This document shows, one piece after another, positions 20,612 to 30,520 of a stretch of 56,190 bases of DNA (positions are counted from its first letter, which is position 1; each line of letters opens with the position of its first letter). The position numbers and the translations under genes were made by a program. Under the pieces are notes generated by a model. That model did not search any database. It was not told the origin of the DNA and was given only the letters and a program-made list of their open reading frames with translations. Source of the DNA: a virus (lineage: Duplodnaviria; Caudoviricetes); IMG/VR virus record IMGVR_UViG_3300047476_001428, positions 1-56,190 of that record; one strand, written 5' to 3'.

Positions 20612-21100
20612 TTAGTAAACCAAGATACAACGGTCCATTTGTAATGTAACATCTAATCCTGCTAATTTGTCATCACTATATGCTACGTTGTCCCAAGCAG
20701 CTTTAGTAATCATACATCCGTCCAAAATCCATTTTTCTACAACAACACCAGTTGGGTCTAACATTTCAAGGTCAACATTTTTCTTGTAACCTGCAGCATA
20801 ACCCATACGACCTGTAACAGATTCAGCATGTAAACGAACCCACTCCATAAGAGCCTGAGTCGCTGATGGACCAATTGGGTCACGGAATTTAACAGAAATT
20901 GGGTTCCATTTGAAACGACCTGCTACGAATGTAGAAGTATTCAAAAATTGTATTTCTGTAGAGTTGATGTCAATAGATGGTCTTCCTGATGATTCTACGA
21001 ACCATTCATTAATACCTAAAGTTGTGTCGAATCTCAATATAAATCGGTTCGCTCTTTTTGGTTCGTAAGGAACCGGCATTTTCATTAATAAATCAGCCAT
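20612..21100 (-). CDS. Tail tube protein (T4 gp19-like)
   Basis: 'YEPKRANRF', 'GRFKWNPISV', 'GYKKNV.LEMLDPTG.VVEKW.L.G' tube signature. Confidence 0.88.
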   Translation of the reverse strand: MADLLMKMPVPYEPKRANRFILRFDTTLGINEWFVESSGRPSIDINSTEIQFLNTSTFVAGRFKWNPISVKFRDPIGPSATQALMEWVRLHAESVTGRMGYAAGYKKNVDLEMLDPTGVVVEKWILDGCMITKAAWDNVAYSDDKLAGLDVTLQMDRCILVY

Positions 21101-21203
21101 GGTATATTTGTTTTTTTACTTTTGTTTTAGTTTATTTATATATAAATACATACTACTGGAAAATTTTTGTCTTTACTTTGTTTTTTTCAAAATTATACTC
21201 CCA

Positions 21204-22040
21204 TTAGTATCTAGTTTTAGCTCCTTTACCAGTATAGTAATTCTTTAACATTGGTTCATCTTCAAAACTCTTCTTCATTACTTCTACATTTCTAATATCA
21301 TCATCTGAAAAACCAATACTAGGAACAAAGTTATTTTTCACATCATTTTTAAGATATAATTTTTTACCTAATTGTTTTGCTTGAGATTTTACATAAGAAA
21401 TAAATTCCCTCATTGCGTCCACTTTTAATTGTTCAGGATTTCCCGCTCCTGTTGGGTCAAGAAAACTAACAGGGTAATATTTGTTCATATCTAAATAATC
21501 TTTTATTAACTCGACATCAGATTTGTCTTCCATACCTGCAATGTCTCTGTATTTTCTAAGATTCTTTAATAATAATTTTTTATTAATACCTTGATGGTCG
21601 GACACAATTAAATTATAAATCGCATCTTTAAGTGTATTTGGGTTGTGACCACGAGCGGTGATTATTGAAAAAATTGACCCGTTGTTGATTGCTTCCACAA
21701 AATCAGACCAAGCCGGACCGGTTTTTGCTTTCATAGCGTCAATCTTAAATTGTTTGTCACCACCTTCTCTAAAATTTCTATAAGGTTGGTCAGCATACCC
21801 AACAATTTTATGTCCATTATAATCAAACTCTTCTTTACCGATTTGGTGTCTATGTTCCGCAAAATCCTCAGTAGACATTGGAACTTCATTACCTTCTTCA
21901 TCCCTTAAAATAATTTTTGTTGGCATGTACATTAAGTTGTCATCCCAATCAAAAGCGTAATACTTTAAGTCTGGCGTACCAGCATCATCGAAACCTTCAC
22001 GTAACGATGATACTGGATTATTTTTTTTGTTTTTCAACAT
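21204..22040 (-). CDS. HAD-superfamily phosphatase-like protein
   Basis: Motif I 'AFDWDDNL', motif II 'ITARG', a Lys in 'QLK', and motif IV 'GFSDDD'. Confidence 0.6.
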   Translation of the reverse strand: MLKNKKNNPVSSLREGFDDAGTPDLKYYAFDWDDNLMYMPTKIILRDEEGNEVPMSTEDFAEHRHQIGKEEFDYNGHKIVGYADQPYRNFREGGDKQFKIDAMKAKTGPAWSDFVEAINNGSIFSIITARGHNPNTLKDAIYNLIVSDHQGINKKLLLKNLRKYRDIAGMEDKSDVELIKDYLDMNKYYPVSFLDPTGAGNPEQLKVDAMREFISYVKSQAKQLGKKLYLKNDVKNNFVPSIGFSDDDIRNVEVMKKSFEDEPMLKNYYTGKGAKTRY

Positions 22041-22046
22041 AAATTA

Positions 22047-25000
22047 TTAGATGTTTTCAAACGATGCTCCTGTTGGAGTTATTAAGAAATCAATTTCAAT
22101 GAATTCCAACGCTTTTGTTGGTTTCAAATAAATTTTTCCTGTCATTGTATTTCTATCTAAGTCTTCTGGTGAGTTACTTACAGTAACACGGAAGTCGTAT
22201 AAACCTCTGTCTCTTCTAATAGCATCTAAGATAGGGTTAACCGCATCTAAGAAGTCTTGTCTTACTTTAGCGTCGTTTTGTTCAAACAACAATCTTACAG
22301 AAACAGCCGAAATCAACTTACGAGCTTGTAATAACAATCTTCTTACGTTAATTCTGTTTAATGCCGAATCAGCGATTTGAAGTGTTTTGTTACCCCAAAT
22401 TACAGTTCCAACATCAGAGAATGTTGCGATAGGGTTAATTCTACCTTGATACAATGTATCTCTATCTTGTTGTGTAAGTTTCTTACGAGCCTTAACTGAG
22501 TTAACCAAACCTCTTGTGTAACCCGCAGTTGCAAACCATGGGAATGAAATGTTATCTGTCAAAGCCAAGTTTCTACAAACTTCACCTGTTGGTGGTAAGT
22601 AGATTTGTGTGTTATTAACAGTATCTCTTACCAAAATCCAAGGGTAATAAGTTGCTGTGTAGTTAGAGTCAATTCCTGTATTTACTAAGTTGTCAACAGC
22701 TTCTGTTGGGTAAATGAAGTTTCCTGTCTGAACAGGGATATTCAAGTTACAATCAGGTGTTGTACAGATGTAGATAGAATCAGCTCTGTCATATGTAACC
22801 ATTGAGATAGCATCTTCAACTAAGTTTGAGTTATTCACATAATCAATACCTGGTGTTGCAAATACGTTAATAGTAGTTGCTTCAGGGTTAGCGAATGTAC
22901 TAATACCTAACAAGTATGCGTAGTAATCAGTGTTTGCATAATCAGTGAAGTTATCGATTGCGATTGGTTTGAATGCTCCCCAACCAGTTGCGTTTGGATA
23001 TCTTGTTGTTGAACATGCACCTTTTTGGTAACCCGCTCCACCTAATTGGAATCTATCAGTGTTTGTTCTTTTTTCTGTGTATATGTCCCAACCATCAAAA
23101 CCTTTTTGAACCAAGAATGTGAATTTTCTTGCTTGGATTTGGTAGTAAGGGTTTGCTGGAGTTTCAGGGTCAGATTGGAACGATGCATCACCAACTTCAA
23201 ACGCTGATGTTCCTGATGTTGGACCAAATGCGATTGTTACAACAGTCGCTCCTGAATCCATGTGGAAACCTTTTGTTTGATAGTTCCAAGGTAACGCAGG
23301 GTCTTCAACACACAAGTCGTTTGGTTTTTGAACACCTTTGAACATAAAGAAGTCAGGGTCATAACCAATTTGTGATGAGATACCTAAGTAAGATGTTCTT
23401 ACTCTATCACCAGCACTTTGTACTGTGTTGTCACCAGCTGTTGTACCAAATGGTGGGTTATAAATAATTTCACTTGGGTAGTTATATGATGTCTTGTAAA
23501 CTGGGAATGGAGGAGTTGCGTTAGCGTATTCTCTAATTTCATATCCTTCAAATCCACAAGGTAATGAATCAGGGTTAGCATCCTCATTCATTTCCAACAT
23601 GATGTATTTTGAATTCAAAGCGTATTCACCATCAGCAGTACCAACTTTAACAGCGATGTAACTATTAGAAGCTGGGTCTAAACTACAGTTAGTGTATTTT
23701 TCAATAACTACAGGGTTTGAGTCAGTATCGTAGAATGAACGAACAGCCAAATCAAATGTACCATTAGTAAATGAGATATTTTGAATTGAAATTTTAATTT
23801 GTAAGTTTGCCGAGTCACCGTCACAAACAGTGATTATCTTAAACAATCTTTGTACTGTATTACCACGAAGTTGAGAAACAACCCAAGGTGATTCAGCAGA
23901 TTTGTAAGGAACCAAATAATCAGCAATAGTATCAGTAGTTGAAGTATATCTTACACCTGGTAAAGCCACGAAGTCAGAATTAATACCTCTGATGTAACCT
24001 TTGTTATAAGAGTAATTTAATAAGTTAGAGAATTTTTCTTCAACAAACAAAGGAACTTCAGTTCTTAATTTACCAAAGTTTGTTTGACCAAACACTTTAG
24101 TAATGTAGTTTGTATCTGAAGTATTCAATGAAGTCATGAAACTAAAGTCAGTTCCATCTGCAGTTTGACCTGAAATCGCAAATTCCGCAAATGGGTTTTG
24201 TGTAATAGCCGAATAAGTTCCTGAGTTGTTAATGATAACACTAGTTAAACCTGTTACTGTGTAATCAGGACCTGTATTAGCACCAGCATATGTTGCAATA
24301 CCTCTTGAACGTAGTGTAGCTGCAACCATATTATTGTATTCTGTATATGCTGTTCCTGAGTAGTAATAAACCGAACCTGAAGCAGTTCCTGAGAAATTTC
24401 CTGAACCTAAATCAGTTAATGATGAAACTACTGAGAACCAAGAGTAACCTGTATAAGCATCTCCTGATGAAATGTTGAAGTTTGCATAGTACCAAGCGTC
24501 GTTAGTTGATGCTGAATAGTTAGCATCCGCGGTAGTTACTCCCGAAACTTGATATACGTTTGTTGATGCTGTATACGCTGATACACTTGGGGTGATAGCC
24601 GATGAAACAGTACCGTAATAATAAATCGTAGTAGCTGATGTTGCAGAACTTGCGATTACACCACTCAATTCAGCATCAATTTGGTCTCTTAAAGTACTAG
24701 TACTTCCGTCAAATTGAGTAAATGGTACATCCAAATTATTTTGAATGATACTTGGGAATGATGTTAAGAAGTTTACAGTACCGCCAGTATTACCCGAGAA
24801 ATTCACTGTATATGCTTGAGGTGAACCACTGAAACCTATTGTTCCTGGGTCAACGTTTGCAATTGTGGTAATTGACCAAGATGGACCCGCATCGTAACCC
24901 GAAAGACCCAAAACTCTGGTAACAAACAATTGGTTAGATTGTTGTAGATAAGATTTAGCAATGTACGCCAATTCGTACTTTGGAATTTGTGTGTTCACAA

Positions 25001-25199
25001 ATTTTTCTGGGATTGTACCTCCGAAATATGCTTCAAAGTCACTGTAGTTTGTGATGAAGATAGGTTCAAAAGCTGGACCTGTTTGTGTTTCACCCACAAC
25101 ACCCAAAGTTGTAACACCGACACTTTGAGCAACATAACTTAAGTCATATTCAGATGTATAGACACCTGGAGAAACGAAAATTTTATTTGATACTGCCAT
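22047..25199 (-). CDS. Tail sheath protein (gp18-like) with a large Ser/Thr/Gly-rich insertion
   Basis: 'SPGVYTSEYDLS', 'YYPW', 'PWFATAGYTRG', 'INPI..F...G..IWGNKT' and 'RINVRRLL' motifs; 1050 aa. Confidence 0.93.
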   Translation of the reverse strand: MAVSNKIFVSPGVYTSEYDLSYVAQSVGVTTLGVVGETQTGPAFEPIFITNYSDFEAYFGGTIPEKFVNTQIPKYELAYIAKSYLQQSNQLFVTRVLGLSGYDAGPSWSITTIANVDPGTIGFSGSPQAYTVNFSGNTGGTVNFLTSFPSIIQNNLDVPFTQFDGSTSTLRDQIDAELSGVIASSATSATTIYYYGTVSSAITPSVSAYTASTNVYQVSGVTTADANYSASTNDAWYYANFNISSGDAYTGYSWFSVVSSLTDLGSGNFSGTASGSVYYYSGTAYTEYNNMVAATLRSRGIATYAGANTGPDYTVTGLTSVIINNSGTYSAITQNPFAEFAISGQTADGTDFSFMTSLNTSDTNYITKVFGQTNFGKLRTEVPLFVEEKFSNLLNYSYNKGYIRGINSDFVALPGVRYTSTTDTIADYLVPYKSAESPWVVSQLRGNTVQRLFKIITVCDGDSANLQIKISIQNISFTNGTFDLAVRSFYDTDSNPVVIEKYTNCSLDPASNSYIAVKVGTADGEYALNSKYIMLEMNEDANPDSLPCGFEGYEIREYANATPPFPVYKTSYNYPSEIIYNPPFGTTAGDNTVQSAGDRVRTSYLGISSQIGYDPDFFMFKGVQKPNDLCVEDPALPWNYQTKGFHMDSGATVVTIAFGPTSGTSAFEVGDASFQSDPETPANPYYQIQARKFTFLVQKGFDGWDIYTEKRTNTDRFQLGGAGYQKGACSTTRYPNATGWGAFKPIAIDNFTDYANTDYYAYLLGISTFANPEATTINVFATPGIDYVNNSNLVEDAISMVTYDRADSIYICTTPDCNLNIPVQTGNFIYPTEAVDNLVNTGIDSNYTATYYPWILVRDTVNNTQIYLPPTGEVCRNLALTDNISFPWFATAGYTRGLVNSVKARKKLTQQDRDTLYQGRINPIATFSDVGTVIWGNKTLQIADSALNRINVRRLLLQARKLISAVSVRLLFEQNDAKVRQDFLDAVNPILDAIRRDRGLYDFRVTVSNSPEDLDRNTMTGKIYLKPTKALEFIEIDFLITPTGASFENI

Positions 25200-25318
25200 T
25201 TTGTTTGATATTGTTCATGTTTTATTTATAACATAAATATTCAGTATTTTTAGAAAAACTTTACTTTCCAATATCTATTTATAAAATGGGCAGACTATTT
25301 TCTGCCTTTATTCTGACT

Positions 25319-25474
25319 ATGGAAAAGAAAATTAAAAATCTTAAGATATCGATAGAGTCACACACAATTTTGAAAAACTACTGTGACAAACGAGGTATCA
25401 AAATGTATAAGTTTTTGGAAAACTTAATCAAAGAAAAATGTTCTGAAAAAAAGGATATATACGGAGAAGATTAA
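25319..25474 (+). CDS. Small ribbon-helix-helix-like DNA-binding protein
   Basis: MEKKIKNLKISIESHTILKNYC...MYKFLENLI has an alternating strand followed by two helices; probable start is the second ATG (25319). Confidence 0.6.
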   Translation: MEKKIKNLKISIESHTILKNYCDKRGIKMYKFLENLIKEKCSEKKDIYGED

Positions 25475-26559
25475 ATGTATGGAATTGCAGGTGGTTCCAA
25501 AACAATTTGATAACTTAATGATGCAACCTGACCTGGTGTTGTCTTAGTAATTTCAAAACGAAGTGTATCGTTGGTATTAACTTGTATTACAGGAACATCA
25601 GTTCCGTAAAAATCAAAAGTTAAAGAACCTTGTGGTTTAATATAAACATCAATACCATTTTCATTATCAATATTGGTATTACCCATTAAAGAAAAATTTC
25701 CTGTATAATCGGCAATAATATCTTTTGTCGTTTCAGACACACCAAAGTTCAAGGTATAATCAAATGATGATGGATTTTCGGGGAACTTTCTTCTTTTTGG
25801 TGGTGGAATATTTCCAACAACCTCAAAAGTATTGAAAACTCTTGATACCGCAGGTGCCACTTCAAATTCGTCAGGGTCTAATAAAAACCCTAACATTGTG
25901 AATTCATAATTTTGAATGTAAAATCTTCTTTTTTCCACCTCAATAACAGATTCATCTGAAATGTTACCCATGATGATTGGAATATAATGACCCTCAATTT
26001 TTCTATAGGCTTGACGAGATGCAAAAGTTTGAATCACATTTTTATTGAACTCGTTTAACTCTCTCATTCTATTACAAACAATTTTAACATTGTAAGTAAT
26101 ATCAACAGGAACAGGTTGTGGAATTTTGTAGATATCCATACCTTTAATGTTTCCATTCCATGTTGGGACTGCGGCATAATAAAACTCTTTTCTATTTGGA
26201 ATATTCCAAAGAAGTGCCGGATTACTACCGTACTTTACTTCAGGTTGACGGACAACAGTTATGAATGGTGGATTTGGATTACCATTCAAATCATTAAAGT
26301 CCCAAGTTTCAGTAAACTGAGACCAGTTCTGTGTTGTAATAATAATATCAACCATTGGAATTATCTTTCCTGCAACAATAGTTTCCAAATCTTCTTTTAC
26401 AAAATCTAAAAACCCCCTATCTAATTCAGGGTGTAATAATTGTTTTGGTAAATAAGTTCCGTCTTCTGTAATATAACTAAGCAATTGTTCTCTTCTCTGA
26501 AGAAGTGTCTTTTCAGGTGTAAGATTAATTGTTGGTATAACTTTTTTAGGATAACCCAT
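25471..26559 (-). CDS. Tail terminator / sheath stabiliser-like protein (gp15-like)
   Basis: 'PVPVDITYNVKI' pattern and position between neck and sheath genes. Confidence 0.55.
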   Translation of the reverse strand: MGYPKKVIPTINLTPEKTLLQRREQLLSYITEDGTYLPKQLLHPELDRGFLDFVKEDLETIVAGKIIPMVDIIITTQNWSQFTETWDFNDLNGNPNPPFITVVRQPEVKYGSNPALLWNIPNRKEFYYAAVPTWNGNIKGMDIYKIPQPVPVDITYNVKIVCNRMRELNEFNKNVIQTFASRQAYRKIEGHYIPIIMGNISDESVIEVEKRRFYIQNYEFTMLGFLLDPDEFEVAPAVSRVFNTFEVVGNIPPPKRRKFPENPSSFDYTLNFGVSETTKDIIADYTGNFSLMGNTNIDNENGIDVYIKPQGSLTFDFYGTDVPVIQVNTNDTLRFEITKTTPGQVASLSYQIVLEPPAIPYI

Positions 26560-27074
26560 TAGATTCCATTAAATTCGTTTTCACTTACAGGTGTTGCAAT
26601 GTATGAAACATAAAATGGTTTATAACCACCATAAGTGTGTTTATTGTCAAAGTTAGGAACACCAGCATTTACCACTGAATAATATCTAACTTGTGATTCT
26701 GTTATCCAATAACCAATATAGTCACCCAATTTAATATTCATTTCCAAATCAATTAAATCTTGGTTATATATTGCAAATTTCAAATTACCAGGTTCGTTCT
26801 GTAATACCTTAGAACTACCCAAGAATCTTTCTTCAGGTTGTAAAATCTGAACGTAGGCTTTTACAGATACTGGGGGTAAGAATTGAATACCTTGTGGTAA
26901 TACCTCACCATAAACATCATCGTTAACAGTTTTAGTTCTATCAACACGATAAACTACAATAGTGAAATTCATATCACCGTCTAACCATTCTCTACCCATA
27001 GAGATGTCTAAGTTGTAATCTTCACCACCGAAGAATTTACCTAATCTTGTTATTGGAACTAATTTTTGTGACAT
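26559..27074 (-). CDS. Head-closure / neck protein (gp14-like)
   Basis: 'DDVYGE' and 'IKLGDYI' pattern, size and position. Confidence 0.55.
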   Translation of the reverse strand: MSQKLVPITRLGKFFGGEDYNLDISMGREWLDGDMNFTIVVYRVDRTKTVNDDVYGEVLPQGIQFLPPVSVKAYVQILQPEERFLGSSKVLQNEPGNLKFAIYNQDLIDLEMNIKLGDYIGYWITESQVRYYSVVNAGVPNFDNKHTYGGYKPFYVSYIATPVSENEFNGI

Positions 27075-27123
27075 ATCAATACCTTATTGATAAATACTTA
27101 GTTTTTGATTATCTTTTACAAGA

Positions 27124-28893
27124 TTGGAAAATGTTGAGAACATAAGTAATGTATCAGTCTTGGAAAGGAAGGCTCTTGACTTGTTGGAAACCTACTCAGG
27201 CGCCAACAATTACATTATGCGCTTAAGACAAAAACAAATTGATAATAAAAAGTTTTATCCAACAAGAGCTCAAGCCGAATATATTGTAAATTACTTTAAT
27301 ACAACACCAAAGGTTGCCAAGAAGTGGGTTGATTTGGATGAATATTTTTCCAAAAAAATTTCTGACGAAAAATTATTTACCAAAATTGCGACCAAAGTTT
27401 ATGTTGAAAAACTTTTGATTGAAAAAGATACTTCTTACCATATTTGGGGGAAATTCTTTGATAGTCAGGAACTTCATGACTTTTGGTTACCTAAAGTTGC
27501 GTTACTTAAAAACAATAAGGTTGAGAACGTTGTTATTGATTACGAGAAGTATTCACACCGTCCACCACTTGACCACCAAAAAGAAGCAATTCAAAAATTG
27601 GTGGAGAATAAAAAATTCATTTTGGCTGATGATATGGGTTTGGGTAAAACTACTTCAACCATTATTGCCGCTTTGGAGACGGGAGCTAAGAAAGTTTTAA
27701 TCATTTGTCCAGCATCTTTGAAGATTAACTGGCAACGTGAGATTGAAAACTATTCTCAGAGAACGACAAGTATTATTGAAGGAAAAAAATGGGACGATGC
27801 CGACTTTGTAATTATCAATTATGATATTATTAAAAATTTCCATGACGATAAAAAGAAAGACGCATCAACAATCGTTAATTCAAAGTTTGATTTAGTAATT
27901 GTTGATGAAGCACATTATATTCAGAACTCACAAGCACAACGAACCAAGTTAATTAATGACATTGGAAAGAAAGTTGACCGTGTTTGGTTGTTGACTGGTA
28001 CTCCAATCACATCAAGACCAATAAACTACTACAACTTATTGAACTTAATTGATTCACCTGTTGCTCAGAATTGGATGGCATTTGTAAAAAGGTATTGTAA
28101 CGGGTTTCAGTTCCAAGCAGGAAGACGTAAAATATGGAATGTTAGTGGAGCATCCAATTTGGAAGAGTTAAGAGACCGTACCGCACCACTTGTCCTTCGT
28201 AGATTAAAGGAGAACGTATTGGATTTACCTGAAAAAATAATTACACCCGTTTATTTGAGGTTGAAATCAAAAGAGTATGAAGAACTTATGGGTGAATACT
28301 ACGATTGGTACGATAAAAGTGGTGAGGCAGATTCATTAACCCTTCAATTTACCAAGTTAACCAAAGTTCGTCAGGTAATTGCCGATGAAAAAACAAAGGC
28401 AACCATCGAATTATGTGAAAATATTATCGAACAAGGTAAAAAAGTTATTGTGTTTACTAACTTTACAAAAAGTTTAGAACTTATCTTGGAACATTTTGGT
28501 AAAAAAGCAGTAAGACTTGACGGACAAATGTCTCAAAAAGAAAGACAATTATCTGTTGACCGTTTTCAGACTGAAGAGGATGTTATGGTTTTCGTTGGAA
28601 ACATTAAAGCTGCTGGTGTTGGTATCACATTGACTGCCGCTGAAGCCGTTGTGATGAATGACTTATCGTTTTTACCTTCTGACCACTCACAAGCTGAAGA
28701 CCGTAGTTACCGTTATGGACAAAAAAATAACGTATTAGTTTATTACCCGATTTTTGACAATACAGTTGAAGGAATTATCTACGACATACTCAAAAAGAAG
28801 AAAAACATCTTTGAGACAATCATGGGTGACAATGCAAATTCAATGGATTCTGTCGAAGAAATCATGAATTTAATTAATGAAATGAGAAGATAA
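27124..28893 (+). CDS. SNF2-family helicase (SMARCAL1/HARP-like)
   Basis: LADDMGLGKT, ICPASL, DEAH, LTGTP, GITLT and QAEDR motifs; TTG start. Confidence 0.9.
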   Translation: MENVENISNVSVLERKALDLLETYSGANNYIMRLRQKQIDNKKFYPTRAQAEYIVNYFNTTPKVAKKWVDLDEYFSKKISDEKLFTKIATKVYVEKLLIEKDTSYHIWGKFFDSQELHDFWLPKVALLKNNKVENVVIDYEKYSHRPPLDHQKEAIQKLVENKKFILADDMGLGKTTSTIIAALETGAKKVLIICPASLKINWQREIENYSQRTTSIIEGKKWDDADFVIINYDIIKNFHDDKKKDASTIVNSKFDLVIVDEAHYIQNSQAQRTKLINDIGKKVDRVWLLTGTPITSRPINYYNLLNLIDSPVAQNWMAFVKRYCNGFQFQAGRRKIWNVSGASNLEELRDRTAPLVLRRLKENVLDLPEKIITPVYLRLKSKEYEELMGEYYDWYDKSGEADSLTLQFTKLTKVRQVIADEKTKATIELCENIIEQGKKVIVFTNFTKSLELILEHFGKKAVRLDGQMSQKERQLSVDRFQTEEDVMVFVGNIKAAGVGITLTAAEAVVMNDLSFLPSDHSQAEDRSYRYGQKNNVLVYYPIFDNTVEGIIYDILKKKKNIFETIMGDNANSMDSVEEIMNLINEMRR

Positions 28894-28896
28894 TCA

Positions 28897-28939
28897 AAGT
28901 TCGGCTTATTTATAATTAATAAAAACAAAAGCCGAACTT
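28897..28939 (+). promoter_or_regulatory. Translation-blocking hairpin with the late-promoter motif at the start of its loop
   Basis: Perfect 11-bp inverted repeat AAGTTCGGCTT (28897-28907) / AAGCCGAACTT (28929-28939), ending 1 nt before the ATG at 28940; TATTTAT at 28907-28913. Confidence 0.7.
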
Positions 28940-30493
28940 ATGAAAAATCTCAAGAACAGAATAGAAGTTTTGGAAGAACAATTAGAGAAGAAAGAACAAA
29001 AAAGACAACAAGATGTTAAACATAGAAAAGTTGTTGAAGAAGCCCAAAAAATTAGTGTAGAAAAATTACCTTACGCATATTCGGCACTTAAACAGTTCAT
29101 TGACCCCGAGACAATGAACGTACATTACAACAAACATTACAAAGGTTATGTAGATAAGTTGAACGCCGCATTAGGTGATAAAGACTACGGTGACTTAAGT
29201 TTGGAAGAAATTGTAAAAACAATTGAACGATTCAACAAGTTTATTAGAAACCAAGCGGGTGGAGCATTTAACCACCAATTGTTTTGGAAAATGTTATCTC
29301 CAAAGACAATGACACCAAAAGGTTTAATATTAAAGAAACTTAATCAAAACTTTGGTTCATTCGCTGCGTTCAAGAAAAAATTTGATGGTCAAGCAAAAGA
29401 CAGATTTGGTTCAGGATGGTGTTGGTTAGTATTAACCAAACGTGGAACCTTAAAAATTATGACCACACCAAATCAAGACAATCCATTAATGGATGTTGTT
29501 GAACAAGGTGGTTATCCATTGTTGGGATTAGACTTATGGGAACATGCCTATTACTTAAGATATAGAAATAGAAAAGAAGAATATATCAAAAACTTTTGGA
29601 AAGTTGTGAATTGGGACTACGTTGAAGACGTATTGAAAAAACAACTTGACAAGACTATTAAAGAGAGTGAACAAGCAAAAGAATTCTTAACCGAAGCTGT
29701 TAAAAGTGAACCTTGTTCATCTGCCGACAGAATGGCATCAAAACAATTCTTCAATCAAAACCGTGATGCGTTGAATGTTTACAAAAACGCAATTATGCAA
29801 ATCTTAAAAGAGGTATTCCCTGAAAGATATTATGGTAGAGATGAATACTCACCAGGAACAATGTCGGGAATTTACAACTTGGAAGGTGAAGGTAGGTCAA
29901 TTATCAATTATTTGAATACAAATTATTCAGCATTTTGTGTGTTGAAAAAAGACTTAAACAAATATCTTGAAAAGATTAATAAACCTTTAATCGACTTCAA
30001 CAATAAAACTCCAAAAGAACAAGTTGATGAAATGGTTAGGATGTTAAAGGTTCTTAATCATGTTAAATTTAGAGTATTTAATACAGAATCAGAAACACTT
30101 AAGACAATGATGAGTGTCATGGGTGCGTCATCTAAAAAAGGTGGACAAACTGAAGATGCTGTTGTTGTTAAATTGAAAAAACAATTTGGTGATGACAATG
30201 TGATTCAAATTGGTGAACTTGGTTCCAAAGAAGATATGTTAAAAGGTGTTGATGTTAAAATCATTGTTGATGGTAAAGAACATACCGCACAAGTTAAACC
30301 ATTTAGTCATATTACAAAAACAGAAAGTGATATGTACAAAGTGGATGGAACAGCAAATGTTAAAAAATACCAAACTGATTGGATGATTTTTATGAAAAAT
30401 CTTGGTGACATGGTCATCTTTGATAATAAGAATTCAAGAATATTTGACGGAGTTTATTACTTTCCGATTGACGCTAAATTGTATCAATTGTAA
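28940..30493 (+). CDS. sodA: Mn/Fe superoxide dismutase fused to a C-terminal domain with PD-(D/E)xK-like motifs
   Basis: LPYAYSAL, HYNKHY, GGAFNH, FGSGW, NQDNP and DLWEHAYY give all four metal ligands; the GG and Q residues suggest Mn-type. About 280 extra C-terminal residues. Confidence 0.85.
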   Translation: MKNLKNRIEVLEEQLEKKEQKRQQDVKHRKVVEEAQKISVEKLPYAYSALKQFIDPETMNVHYNKHYKGYVDKLNAALGDKDYGDLSLEEIVKTIERFNKFIRNQAGGAFNHQLFWKMLSPKTMTPKGLILKKLNQNFGSFAAFKKKFDGQAKDRFGSGWCWLVLTKRGTLKIMTTPNQDNPLMDVVEQGGYPLLGLDLWEHAYYLRYRNRKEEYIKNFWKVVNWDYVEDVLKKQLDKTIKESEQAKEFLTEAVKSEPCSSADRMASKQFFNQNRDALNVYKNAIMQILKEVFPERYYGRDEYSPGTMSGIYNLEGEGRSIINYLNTNYSAFCVLKKDLNKYLEKINKPLIDFNNKTPKEQVDEMVRMLKVLNHVKFRVFNTESETLKTMMSVMGASSKKGGQTEDAVVVKLKKQFGDDNVIQIGELGSKEDMLKGVDVKIIVDGKEHTAQVKPFSHITKTESDMYKVDGTANVKKYQTDWMIFMKNLGDMVIFDNKNSRIFDGVYYFPIDAKLYQL

Positions 30494-30520
30494 TTGATTG
30501 ATATTTATTAAGAAAAAACT

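Noticed and set aside
21172-21199. Plus-strand TTTACT-N16-TATACT as an antisense promoter into the HAD gene
   Set aside because: The match is weak in AT-rich DNA and there is no supporting ORF or terminator.
12489-27074. Bacterial contractile injection system (eCIS/tailocin) or eukaryotic giant virus instead of a phage
   Set aside because: Neck proteins plus T4-like helicase, UvsX, gp32 and PolB alongside sheath and tube indicate a tailed phage; no cellular housekeeping or NCLDV core genes are seen.
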